This document shows positions 12,701-23,826 of a stretch of 64,000 nt of DNA, in pieces. The notes under the pieces are model-generated. The model saw nothing but the letters and a program-made list of their open reading frames with translations. It ran no database searches and was not told where the DNA came from. Position 1 is the first letter of the stretch, and the number at the start of each line of letters is the position of its first letter. A program made the position numbers and the translations under genes. This DNA comes from Klebsormidium nitens. Lineage: Eukaryota; Plantae; Klebsormidiophyceae. Location: positions 124,001 through 188,000 of the forward strand of contig DF237041.1 in NCBI GenBank assembly GCA_000708835.1, written 5' to 3'.

Positions 12701-13284
12701 CGTCCTGACTGTCCACCATGAAAATTTGTTCCGCAAAAATTGGCGGCCTGCAATATCTGTTCCTGTCTTGCACAGCTTCGTCAGATTGTTGAGTCCGTTT
12801 CTGGTTAGAGGCGTCCTCGCGACGACCGTCTTAGAGTGCTTGAGCGCCCAAAATACTTTTGATAGAACACTGGAACGTATAAGCTTGAGACGGAGGTCCC
12901 GACAACAGTTCTCAAGCACTCTAAGACGGTCTGCGTTGTCCTTCGAGAGTGGTTCGACGACTATTGGGGCCCACTCTGATGCAAAATTTTGAGATCGACG
13001 TTGAGGACATCATCGCTCTCGTCAGAAGCCCGCCGAAATCAGGGAGCAACGATCGTGTCGTCAGCGCTCTCGTCGGAACGCATATCTCACATCGCAATTC
13101 CTGCCGTGCAGAGCGCCTCTGGAGCCCCAAGTCCCTCACTGACGGCGACCCAAACCGTGCGCTCGGGCGCCTCGAGTACTTTCGCTGCCTGTTAAACAGC
13201 AGAGGGGTGCGCGCCGCACCCGTCCAAAACATCCTGGGGCGGCAGCCGCCCACCGGTCCTGGTAGCTGTTTTGCCCAAAAATGA
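3744..13284 (+). CDS. Beta-N-acetylhexosaminidase, GH20, plant HEXO1/HEXO3-like; 13 exons: 3744-4190, 4743-4811, 5096-5131, 5646-5757, 6222-6292, 6589-6719, 7488-7553, 7921-8021, 8715-8774, 9610-9802, 10805-10934, 12088-12208, 13112-13284 (569 aa)
   Basis: Signal peptide and the motifs IWPLP, GVDESYTL, TVFGALRGLETFSQL, PRFPHRGLLIDTSRH, NVLHWH, AEIDVPGHA, catalytic FHLGGDEV, WYLDHL, GGEVCAWGE, WPRSAAAAERLWS. All exon phases join, total 1710 nt. Confidence 0.95.
9185..9660 (+). repeat. Three decayed upstream copies of the exon-10 acceptor and exon start (AG|ACTG at 9194, 9322, 9454; real exon at 9610)
   Basis: cagactg(c/t)tggacgagca.ccccacgtggcg recurs with 128/132/156-bp spacing. The 9194 copy is very degenerate. 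Confidence 0.85.
9774..10290 (+). repeat. ~100-bp tandem array copying the exon-10 3' end and donor (GT at 9803 real, 9907, 10001, 10103, 10279; donor-less copy ~10158)
   Basis: ctg(g/a)acaacagcagcatcgtgca(t/c)atctg|gt(g/a)g is repeated. Most units also carry gacgtca...gagaatgc(t/c)tcc. Confidence 0.92.
10610..11410 (+). repeat. Decayed copies flanking exon 11: acceptor echo at 10667; 3'-end/donor echoes at ~11040-11105, ~11185-11235, ~11378-11405
   Basis: cag|aatcaacaaggcgtc lies 138 bp before the real cag|gatcaacaaggcgtc. tggtacctggatcacctgggggtgcc...gacattctacag|gtgggttcc is repeated 165 bp downstream. Confidence 0.88.
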
Positions 13285-13549
13285 CGGCTATTACCACTCA
13301 CGGCCCTAGCAGCTGTTGTGCGCCGAGATGACGACTTGAAATGTCGGAGACGACAGAATGAAACATCTGACGCTGGGGCTTTGGCACCATAGAAACAAGC
13401 AAGCGCGGGTTTCAGAGTCAGGTTGTAGGCCCCCAGAAGTCGACTCACAGGCCTCGCTGAGTTAAGATGCAAGCCTGTGTTTGTGAGGTGTGTCCGAATA
13501 ATAGTTGAACCCAAATTCAAGGCAGATGCTTTGTTCCAAATGGTCGGTC

Positions 13550-14280
13550 AATCGATTGATGGAGATTGAAAACATGGCATGCGTGGCTTGGAATGTAAAA
13601 TGTCGTGAAAGATTTTGATTGTGATCTGTTCTTCTGCTTTACGTGCATCATTTTCACAGGATCGCATTAAGCATCGTGGCCGAATTGTATTGGAATAAGG
13701 CATATGACCATTGATGTATGCCGACCATATATGCGAGGGAGATTTTTCGTATACTTTAGGATATATTGTCATATCTGTAGATATAGCGCAGGTTAGATTA
13801 TATTGTAGTATTCAATTACGCATACATGTGTCACATTCCAATTTCATTCATCCGTCAATTTTGGAGTGTAATTAAGATTTCCGGCCGTTTGTGGTTTGTA
13901 GAATGTTGGCTGCCTGAACGGCATGTGCGTATCAGCATTCGTAATTTAGATATTACATGATTTTTTGAAAGTGAGGATTATGCGTACACATTTTGTCCAT
14001 GTTTATATCTATGTCCACAAAAGTTCATGTCAATTCAGGCAAATTCAACATTCAAGTATAAATTTAGTTAGTAGCTTATAAGCTGAGATATTATTTGTCA
14101 CATTCTTGGGGATGACATGACATGCATTCAATTTGTAATGTAAGAGTAATGATCGGATCGAAAAGGTATGTGGACAGAAAAAATATTTTATTTCATTGCC
14201 GCAAAATTGTCCCCCGATACTCAACAGTTTTGACAGTCAATTCGACTGTAGCATCATAGTACAAGTTTGACCATTACATA
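13550..14280. other. AT-rich, CATG/TG-rich island between convergent gene ends; probable decayed repeat or foreign relic
   Basis: Visible drop in GC relative to the flanks. No long ORF and no clear termini. Confidence 0.35.
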
Positions 14281-14334
14281 TCGTACAAATCTCTACTCTT
14301 ACCTAACCGTTCACTGACAACATCATACTATCAT

Positions 14335-15393
14335 CTAGTTGTTTGTGAACTTTGACTCGTCGAGATTAATGCCCTTCTCAGCGGCAGCTTCACCGCCCGA
14401 CTTATCCTTGGTGGCAAGACCACCCTTCCTGCCCATCTCCTGGTAACCCTCACGTCCCAACTGCTCAGCGCGAGCCTGACCACCCTTCCTTCCTCCTGCA
14501 ACAGAGGATTTGCATTTCCATTACTAACCTTTCACATGAGCGGTCCATCAGAAGACGTTTATTTGAAAGAGACAGCAGTTTTTTGCATGTGCAAGTCAAG
14601 ACATGACAAGAATCTAGATCCTTTTGACGGTATTGTTTGCTCTAGAAAAGAATTTTTTTGTTTATGTGTTCACTGCCAAGGACCTTCGTTGTTGGAGCAG
14701 GAAACAGACTTTCAACAAACACTGTATCCCAAGTCGAACAAAACACTATGCGAAATGAACAGAATCTGCTTGCAGAAGACTTACCCTCCCTGATCCTCTC
14801 CTGAGCGTCCTGAGATAGCCCGTGCACCTGCTCCTGGCTGGGCTCGCTCTGGGAGCCGTCACCCTTGGTGGTTCCTCCCTGCAAACCAATACATAGATGA
14901 GATAGTGCACAAACCAAAGACAGTTACATCTACTGAAAAGACAAGCCACCACAGAGCGAGGATTCTATGAGTTAAGAAAGTAGGTAGATGACACGAGGTT
15001 AAGGAGAGAAGTTACCAATTGACAAGGATTAGAGTGAACCACCAGGTGGATAAGGCCAATAAAATCTTTTACCCTACCTTTCAAAGAGAGCAAATCTGGA
15101 CACAAGGATAGCTAGGAGAAAAAACGCTTGCTCATCATGAGTCCCACAATGCTAAGCAGACACCCCGAAGCAAGCGTCACAAGAAGATATCACTGATGTA
15201 TCACAGTGGACAAAACATCCCTGCATTACAATCACGGTACAGCTCACAACAGGCCAGAACTTCGCTGCTAAAACATCGACATTCTCAATGGCTGCAAAGA
15301 CAGTGCCAAGCAATGCCACAGTAACAAGAATGAATGGCGCACCTTGATTCCTCCCCTGACCACGTTCTCCTGGGCTTCCTGGCTCATCGACAT
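14335..15393 (-). CDS. Em-like group 1 LEA (small hydrophilic seed protein, LEA_5/KGG repeats); exons 15393-15343, 14878-14785, 14495-14335 (~101 aa)
   Basis: [17 protein letters not shown]|GGTTKGDG...[10 protein letters not shown]|[52 protein letters not shown]. The Em signature [16 protein letters not shown] and the DESKF end are present, and phases are consistent. Confidence 0.92.
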
Positions 15394-15554
15394 GGTTGCT
15401 GTTTGTGAGAAGCGACCTAAAATTGGTGAGTGTGCTGGTGCGGGAATTGGCAAATGGGACAGGGCTTGTAAAATTGCGTTTGCGAAATGTGGAAAGCTGC
15501 TTGATGGCGCACTCCTTTTGAAGGGTTTTGCGAAGCCCTGCCGGAAGGGGCTGC

Positions 15555-15840
15555 TGCTGCATGCCTCGCGAGCAGTTCAGTCAGTTGCTCGACCGGAGGG
15601 TGCATTCCGGGAGCTCAGGAACTAGTGTTGGCAGACTGGAACTGGCTCAGACGACGGCTTCCGGGAACAGAAGTTGACGTCACTGCTCTGCATGGATGCC
15701 CACTGGACAACCGCAGGCCTACACTGAACATGCAAAGCCTCGACGAGGTCCTTCACCACGTGATTTGCGTGCATGCTGTCCAGGCGTCAAATATTCGAGC
15801 ACACGTCGCCGTCGAGTTCCCGTTGTGTGGCGTGTCCTCG
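15555..15840 (-). promoter_or_regulatory. Cluster of RY (CATGCA), G-box/ABRE-like and CE3-like motifs upstream of the Em-like gene
   Basis: TGCATG/CATGCA at 15558, 15689, 15729, 15770; CACGTG at 15757; ACACGT at 15801; TGACGTCA at 15675; GCGTGTC at 15830. Confidence 0.5.
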
Positions 15841-16945
15841 CAGCCGTCAACACGACTTTCCCGGTACATCGGACGGTCGAGCGTAGGTCTTTTTTGCAAC
15901 TTGTTGAAGGCCTCGTCACGAGTCAGCCTCTCTCAATTCATACCAGGCTTCCTGTGTTGTTGCATATTTATCAAGGCTTAATTAAATCTTCGATCCGTGG
16001 CTTATATGCCGGTCTTCAACTTGGCAACGTACCTACATATGCATATATCGTCCTAGCTGCAATGATCGTTGGCATGTCACCTCAACGCGACAGTTGATAC
16101 AATCGAGCCGTCTCGACAAATTCTTGTATGTTGACGCGCGTCCCGATTGCGCAAGAGACAACTTGCCTGCCTAACCCGATACGTAGAATGCATGCAGTCA
16201 ATCTTGCAAAAAAGACAATGGATACATAATAAGGATCGACTATGTCGCATGAACTCTGCTTGACATACCGTACAAATACAGAAGCGGGCATGCCATTGAG
16301 CAACACATGATGATTACGACAGGGGGACCAAACATTTCAGATAAAACGTCACTAGTAGAGTAAAGCTGATCCGTGTTAAATCCAGCATCATCCAAGGGCA
16401 ATTATTAGAAAGGATTTCAAGTCAAGCAGATCCGACAACCCATAACGGTTAATCCAGTGCCTCCCAGCGAAAACCAACTACTTTCAAGCATACCAAATTG
16501 ATCCAATATATGCACTGCTTTTACAAGCCAAAGGTGTCACAAAGTTAACCTACAGCCTTCCAATTTTTCTTAGGAAGCACAACGTCAGGCCTTGCCACTT
16601 CAGTATAGCTAGAGTTGTGTATGCGCAAAGTTCGTTCCACCAGGTTCGACTATTGAAGAAGCAATTAGATAGCCAAACTTAAAGAATTGTTTCGGCAGCT
16701 TCAGTAACAAAGTGCTACCTTTTGTGTCCGCTCTTGGAAACGACTAGGTACGAAACCTTCCTTGTATGAAGGTATGAAGCCTTTAACAAGGTTGACCTCA
16801 GCAAACTCTGCATTCGCGTTTACTACTCAACGAAGGTTCTAACACCGCTACGTTCATAGCCAACAAGCTCAACTGAGTGTCCTGCTAAGTACTGGTCAAA
16901 GAAGAACATCATATCGTGCTGATGCGGCCTTCATAGCTTTATTCC

Positions 16946-19900
16946 TTACTTCTGCATATACTGCTGCATCGGGACCTGCTGGACCATGGCCTGCTGGGGG
17001 GCGCTTGCCTGGTAGCCTGCACATAATGAAGAAGCAAAACTCTTAATACATGATGGCTTGGCAATACAAACAAATCCCGAAGCCAGTTGCTGACAACTAG
17101 GTGCGACAGAGAGTCCAAAACCTGCGATAAGCTGGAAGGACAAGCCCAAACGACACGCAAGGAGGTCGACCTTAGCCACCGACGCTTACGACAAACAAGC
17201 AATCAGCCATTCCACCGGACGCTTTGGCAGCAAATGCAAGAATTCAGGAGGACGCCTCCAAAACGGCAGAAACAAGCTTCGAGTTCCGGTACCTCTCTCT
17301 TGAAGCAAGTGCGTACCTTTCCATGTCTCCAGAGGGCAAGGTAGCATCACAACTTGAGACATAGACGTGCTGGACCGTCAATTGCTAACGGTCACAAGTG
17401 GATCAAGTTGTCCCCAACCTTACTAAAAAAGGAGTCCATGTAAAGGATAGAGCTATTTTGAGAAGCTCAGCGTCGTATTTGGGGGCACTGACGTTGTCAC
17501 AAAAACGTTGTTTAGTCAACAAAAGTACGCATATTGGCAAGCTACCAGAAGAGGATGAGGGATGGCTTACCTTTGGAAGGGTCAAACCCCCGCAGCTTGA
17601 GCTCGCGGTACTGCAGGTATAACAGAGGACGCTGTCAATCTCCTTCAAGCTGATCCGGGCTATTAGCACAGGATCTGTCCATATTCAACCCAGTGTTCCA
17701 ACAAATTGATTGAAAGGTGTTAAACACATTATGTTGGTTGAGATCCCTGAAGACACGCATGACAGCTAGTATAAGACGCCAGAAGCTCACTTGCTTCTGA
17801 CAAATTGAGTGTGGCTCCTATTCTTACTCAGCACACGGAACTTAATGCAAAGAAGAGATGGAGACTCAGATTCGGAATAGCAATGTTTGCCTGAAGGCCT
17901 TAGCCAAAAAGTCTGGTGACGTAGAAACTGAAGGTCTCGGATGTCATCAAAACGCTCAAAGGTGGTTCGAGGTATCTGAGCTGATTGTAAACTGCAGATG
18001 GATCTGACATTGACCTGACATTGGAAAGGGCCTTACCTCCTGAACGAATGCGCAGCATGAGCAGCACCTGTAGAATGAACCAGAGACGAGATCAGCAACC
18101 CCTTGGATAAGCAGTGCACTTATGAGGATATCTGGTGGTGTGCCCTGCCAAGCTTATTGTGCACAGCCTTAGCTACAAGAAGTCAGTGCATTGGAGCTTC
18201 GGAATGGGACCCACTCTAGATGTGAAGGAAGGCGACAAATCGCCTGAGCAGTAGTCCAACTGGGGAGGTAACTAAGCGAATGTGCCAGAGAGACAACATC
18301 TGGTCGGGAAAGCTTGGCTTCAAGTGTGCAAAGTGCTGCAGGCGCTAGCTTATAAATCGGAAGTGTCAGCTCTTACCAGTGAGTGCAGCAGTCATTGCAG
18401 GGGCTCTCCTGCAGGCAGACACATAATTTGTGTCAGAGAAGCCATCAGAACATAGAAATTTGCGAGTAACTAGTAGATTCCTCTTTATTGCAACCTCAAT
18501 CCTGCCTTGCTGGTTCGGCTGGCCGCTAACCCGCCTGGCTCACATTCCTTGCAATTGCCTTCCTTGCAGAGGTGCTTCATTTGACGATGTAGCCAGCTTT
18601 AGATGCTGTTCCCACCAATCCTGCTTTTCCCTGAACTTGTCATGGTTTGATTACAGGTTCTCACAATCTCTGTCAAGAGAACGACTCATCTTGTTGATAA
18701 CCTGACCAGAAGGACCCCTGGCAGGTCATCAGATATACCAATTGGACCTACTGAATTCATTCTTGACCGAGGGGCAGTTCAGGACCAGCCAGAGCAAGGT
18801 GCTAGCTTGCACCGCTCAAAGGAGGCGCCTGGCCACAGAATATGATGCCTGGATGCTCCAAGGTTTGCAGATTCCCTCCAAGAACGTTGTGGGTTGGATA
18901 AACACTGCTCAAGCGCGACTTATTTGCAACTTACCGGCAGGCCGAACTTGGCGCGCAGCTTGGAGCGGAAGCCGCACGTGTAGAGGCAACCACAGCCTGC
19001 ATGATAGTGTGATCAGTCTTACCATCCCTGCTGTGCATCCAACCAAGGTACGTTGGATGTGAAAGTGAAATGGACAAACATGAGAGTGCAGAGCTGAAAG
19101 GTGAGCCGAGGCTCCAGGTTTGGAGACTGGAATCAGAGACTGGAACATTCAAGTTGCTGGGATCTGCAACACCAATTTTGCAGGTTTGGAGCGGACTTAT
19201 GAATCTCAGAGTCCTGGGGGTTGTGCTATCTGATGGATTTTGTTGTGATTATATCTTTCAAAATATTGAAGTGTCACTGGAGGACTCACAGTCAGACCTC
19301 GAAACATCCGCGCCCTGAAAGGAAATGTGGACAGCAAAAGAGATACTATTACTTTACCATCTGCCCCAATTGTGGTGATGCGGAAGGTGATCATTTAGAC
19401 TTTAAAACCGAAGCATTTGGTACAAGCAACTTACCTGCAACGGCCTGGATCAGGAAACAGATTGCGGCAGCGGAGGCGCAACCTAAAAGAGAGGGGGGGA
19501 AATCTGGTGGGCAAACAGCACAGCAGGTGGTCACTGCAGCCACGCCCAGTGGATGCACTACTGGGTCATTTGCCCTCTTTTTCATTTGGCAGGATTAATC
19601 AGCGCAGGTCAAGAGGACTGCAAGTTGCAGGCCTAGTTGCAGAAACATAATGTCCAGCATAATGCTATAGAGGCCAAGAGCTGAGAACTGAGTGCACACA
19701 AGATTAACAATCATAACCGCCATCCAACCAGCAGGAATACTTGACGGAAGTTTCAGACCAAAAACCACAGTACAACATTTCGAAGTCAATCAAAAGGGGT
19801 AATTCCACTGCTGGAGAGATATCACTGAGGATTCTCCATCCTTGAATCTCTGGCCTGCTCAAAGTGCTGGACAAACTTACTTGTGATGCCATTGTCAATG

Positions 19901-20959
19901 ATCTCCGCGGTCTGCCCGAACGTAATACAAGGGCAGCAGCACGTAACAATGCCTGCAAACCAAGGAAAGTCAAAAATCTGTTCGAAAGCCAAGATGCATT
20001 TGCCACCATCTATCTGCAAGCTTCCCTAGTATCGGCAACTAGGTGCAATTAGCCTGCCTGGCAACACCCAGGGCCAGTCTACAACACGAAGTGGAAGCCT
20101 GTGCATTCGTTGACGGAGTTGTTGAAACAGTTTGACCGCTCCCGGTCTGGAATTGCAGTGGTCTGACCCCGCTGAATTTGCTTATTCTGCCTCGTCTGTA
20201 CGAGGTACAATTGAGTACTTTCCAAATGCTCGAATGGAACCGCTTTCCCTGCAGAAAGGTGCGTTACTTTCTGGGTGCCAGGGGTGTGCAGGCTGCCAAA
20301 AGCTGAGAGGCTTTGAAATGAGAGGAACATGTGACAGATGAGATAACAACTCCACTTGAATCCTGAAGGCACTTCCTCAACCAAGAATGGAAATTGAAGA
20401 AAGAACCATCCAATTTGCATTCAAGCAACCCAATTTGGCACAATTAGAACGTTCTTTCTCCTAGCAAGCCTTTTCAAAACAATCACATTCAGAACTAGAA
20501 ACTTCCTGCTATGACGGGCCCAGAGAGTTGCCAAAATGGCACAGCTCTAAGCAATACTCAGTGGAACTCTGCATCAACAAGAGTGTGCTCAGAAAGAATG
20601 TGCTCAAAACCCAGAGACCTCAATGTATCCTGGCCATTTCCTCCTAGGAGCAGGGATGGAGAATTCGAGGACGCCAGCCTCAAGTGGACAGCTGTGTACA
20701 TTCCATTGCATTTCATTAAAAACAAGGGGCATTGTGTATGCTGACAAGACTCACAAAGACCGAAGTCCTTGTACCACTCGCAGAGTCCCGCCTGCCATTG
20801 ACTTGGAGCGACTGGCCCAGACTGCACGTAGACGGGGACAGCAGGCGGATAAGCTCCCTGCACGGGCTGAGCTGATGGGTAGCCCCCCTGAACAGGCTGA
20901 GCAGAAGGGTAACCATGACCGTGAATGGGAGGATAACCTTGTTGCGCCATTGTTTCCAA
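16946..20959 (-). CDS. PLAC8-family Cys-rich protein (PCR/FW2.2/CNR-like); exons 20959-20755, 19952-19881, 19482-19435, 18996-18935, 18408-18377, 18067-18037, 17610-17571, 17016-16946 (186 aa)
   Basis: WQAGLCEW...[22 protein letters not shown]...[52 protein letters not shown]. The N-terminus has [10 protein letters not shown] repeats. All phases join (561 nt). Confidence 0.93.
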
Positions 20960-21134
20960 GTTGCTCGAGCCAACAGCTCCTCTTTGTAATTGGAGCTGAA
21001 CGGTGAACCGTCTGCTCAGTGCTGCCAGTGCTGATCGAAACAGGTCGCGCCGAAGCCTTTTGCACTCTTACTATTAGACTTCGGCGAAGCCTGAAGGCGA
21101 CTGCCGAAACGTCGTGTGCAGCCTGTGTGCACTT

Positions 21135-23110
21135 TCCTACCGTNNNNNNNNNNNNNNNNNNNNTACCGTTTACGGTACCTACCTGGTGCTGTACCGGCAG
21201 GTCACAGGCACCTCTAGAGGCAGGTACCTTACGTTTACCGTACCACGTCCTGTAGGCTGTCCCTATCGCCGATCCATCATCCGAGGCCCGTTGACCTGTG
21301 TTTGACTACTGTTAGCCGGGCCCCGGGGCCGTAGGTCTGCAGCAAAGAAGGTACCTACTTTGGTAACTTGACGGGGTAGGTACCGGGCGGTATTCATGCT
21401 GCGGTTGCAGCTGCTGCCTGCAGGTGTGTATCTCGATCATCTACGGTAAAGCTGCTGCGATGTGTGCATCGTACGGTGCAGACGACAAACCTGAGTCCTG
21501 ACGGCTGACGTACGGTTGAACAGTGTACACATACAGCAGTAGGTACTACCGTACGGTAGTAACTACGGTATGCCCACCGAGGTGCACGGTATCTAACATA
21601 GGTACCGTAGGTCCCTACTGGCAACTCGCGTGTGACCTAACGGGCGCGTTTGAACGAAAGTCGAGCTACCCGGGCACACAAACAAATAATCCTTCAAGAA
21701 TCAACCATGATAAACACACGCTTCGCACCCCAGCCCACCCTAACCGTCATACCTATCCCAACCGTCTCCCGGGCACCACACGTGCCTCACAAAAGTTGCC
21801 AGAGTCACGGTCGTCGGTGACGTTCTAGCGCCGTGAGTGTCGCAAGGCGGTACCGCAGGTACCACTACCGTTCCTATCGGCACAGTGTACACGGGAGTAC
21901 CTACTACCGTACCTACTGTAGGTACGGTACCTGTGCAAACCTTATTTCGACACGACAATCATTGACCTCGGGGGTCCCTCTCAATGATTGAGAAGGTGAC
22001 ATCATGGCCGGGCGAGCCATGCTGCAATACGACTCTAGGATATCATACGAGCTTTTAATCCAACTCGCAGTAATTTTGAGCAGATTTGGGAACGAGCCCC
22101 GGCCCCCCAGGCTGAGGCCAGCCGCCACCCCAACCGACTACAACCCTATTAGGTACCGCCCCGGAAATCCCAGCACGCAAACTACTTAGGTAGTTACACC
22201 GTCAGCATCCACTAAAAAAGCCAGATCGGTCAACGATGCGGTACGCAGTGACGTGCACTGGCCGGGCATTGTACCATGGTCTATATTACATTATGTACGC
22301 CAAAATAGGATCATATGCATCAGCAAACTCCGCCAGCCGCCGGACCAAGCGGCCGGGGGATGCCCAGAGGGCCGGGGCCCGCCAACTTCCGAGAAACTAT
22401 AATTGTACGGATAACGTTGACTACCTAGTACCTAGTATCCTACCTACCAGGTCCTACGTACTCTTTGTAGTAGGTACCTACCGTATTGTAAAAGCAGAAG
22501 TACGGTACCGGGCCTAGCATCTAGCTGGGAGAGTTTGGAACTCTGGGACCTGTTGACACGGAGTTTTGATCTCATCGGCTCCCAGGCCGACTGTTCCCCG
22601 GTCAGTCGACTGGACCTCTGTACCGGTCGGCTTGTGTCAGCCAAACACCTAAATATTGCCTCAATTTTGCCGGCTTTTCGGCCGACGCCACTCGGTTGAG
22701 TGGGCCGGGTGGCAATCCCGTCGGCTGACGTTTGCCTGGTGTGACGGCTCGTGTCGAATACCTGTGTAGCGTAGGTACCTGAGTACCTAGGTACCAGGGT
22801 ACAGTACCGATTACTCGTAAAGTGTGTCAAGTTCCATATATGCCATATGGCATATGCCATAGGTTATGACTCATGAGCCGGAACCGTCGGACAAAGTTCA
22901 CTGCTGTCGTCCGATTGCTATTATCGAACGGTATGCAGGACCTTATGAACATAAGTATCTATAGAAAAATGGGGATGAGCATTGAAATTTGAGAACCGGT
23001 ACGGTAATCTGTCCGGTATTTCGGTACCCGTATTACCTAATCTCTTGATCGGTCCACAACAACGTCCTGACGTTGGGTATTACCAAAGGGCTACCAGTAT
23101 CCTACCACAG
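21135..23110. repeat. GTAC/TACCGT/TAGGTACC-rich low-complexity block, probably a repeat or TE-derived mosaic
   Basis: Dense ggtacc, taccgt, tacggt and gtaggtac words absent from the rest of the window. Contains short palindromes (21956-21990; ~22840-22857). Confidence 0.6.
21144..21163. other. Assembly gap (20 N)
   Basis: Run of N characters. Confidence 0.99.
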
Positions 23111-23826
23111 TAACTCGTATCCACAAGTGACAATGGATACCCGGTGCATGAACAGCAATCCGTTGCTAAAAGTCACGAAGGCCGCCCCTCTCTTCGCACT
23201 CCAGTGCTTCCAATGCTGAGAAACCTCATAAACTCTTTGTCCGAATTCAGACCGCCGTTGCACCTCCACAAGCAATCGAGGCACAGTATTGAACATAATC
23301 ATCAGATTCACACCCATTCAAAAAACATGCATGCCATACAAATCCATGATCGCTGCTCAAAGTAGAGAACGCTGCAAAACTTGTAGAAGCCCGGCAGGGA
23401 CCAAGGATTGCGCATTTCCATTGTGTCAATATGCACAAACAGGTCAATTATTTTGACAAACCAGGTATCAAAGCATAAATTGTCGTAATGGCTTTGATCA
23501 CCCCTTCGAATACAATGGTTGTGTGATCTAGAAGAGGACCATCTTTCTCAGATTTCTGAGCGGGAAACATACAATACATCAATGATGCATCAACGGTGTG
23601 AAAGATCCTGGAGGGCAAGGGCAGGGACCTTATTGCATTCTCTTCTGCCCATGATGTCAACACAATCATTTGGACTCATGCTCGGACCAATGAATTAGTC
23701 AACAAGACCAGGCCGACTGGAAGTACTTACAGCGACACGAGGAACGGAATCGAACTCTATTTCACAAGCTTCATATGTGATAGGCTTCCAAAGGCTTGTA
23801 CATACAGGGCTTTAGAGGTCACAAAT

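Noticed and set aside
17571-17610. Apparent frameshift in PLAC8 exon 7
   Set aside because: Recounting the C-run gives five C, so the frame is intact ([13 protein letters not shown]).
21946-22758. 10-bp inverted repeat TTCGACACGA as MITE TIRs
   Set aside because: A 10-bp match within 2 kb is expected by chance, and there is no convincing TSD.
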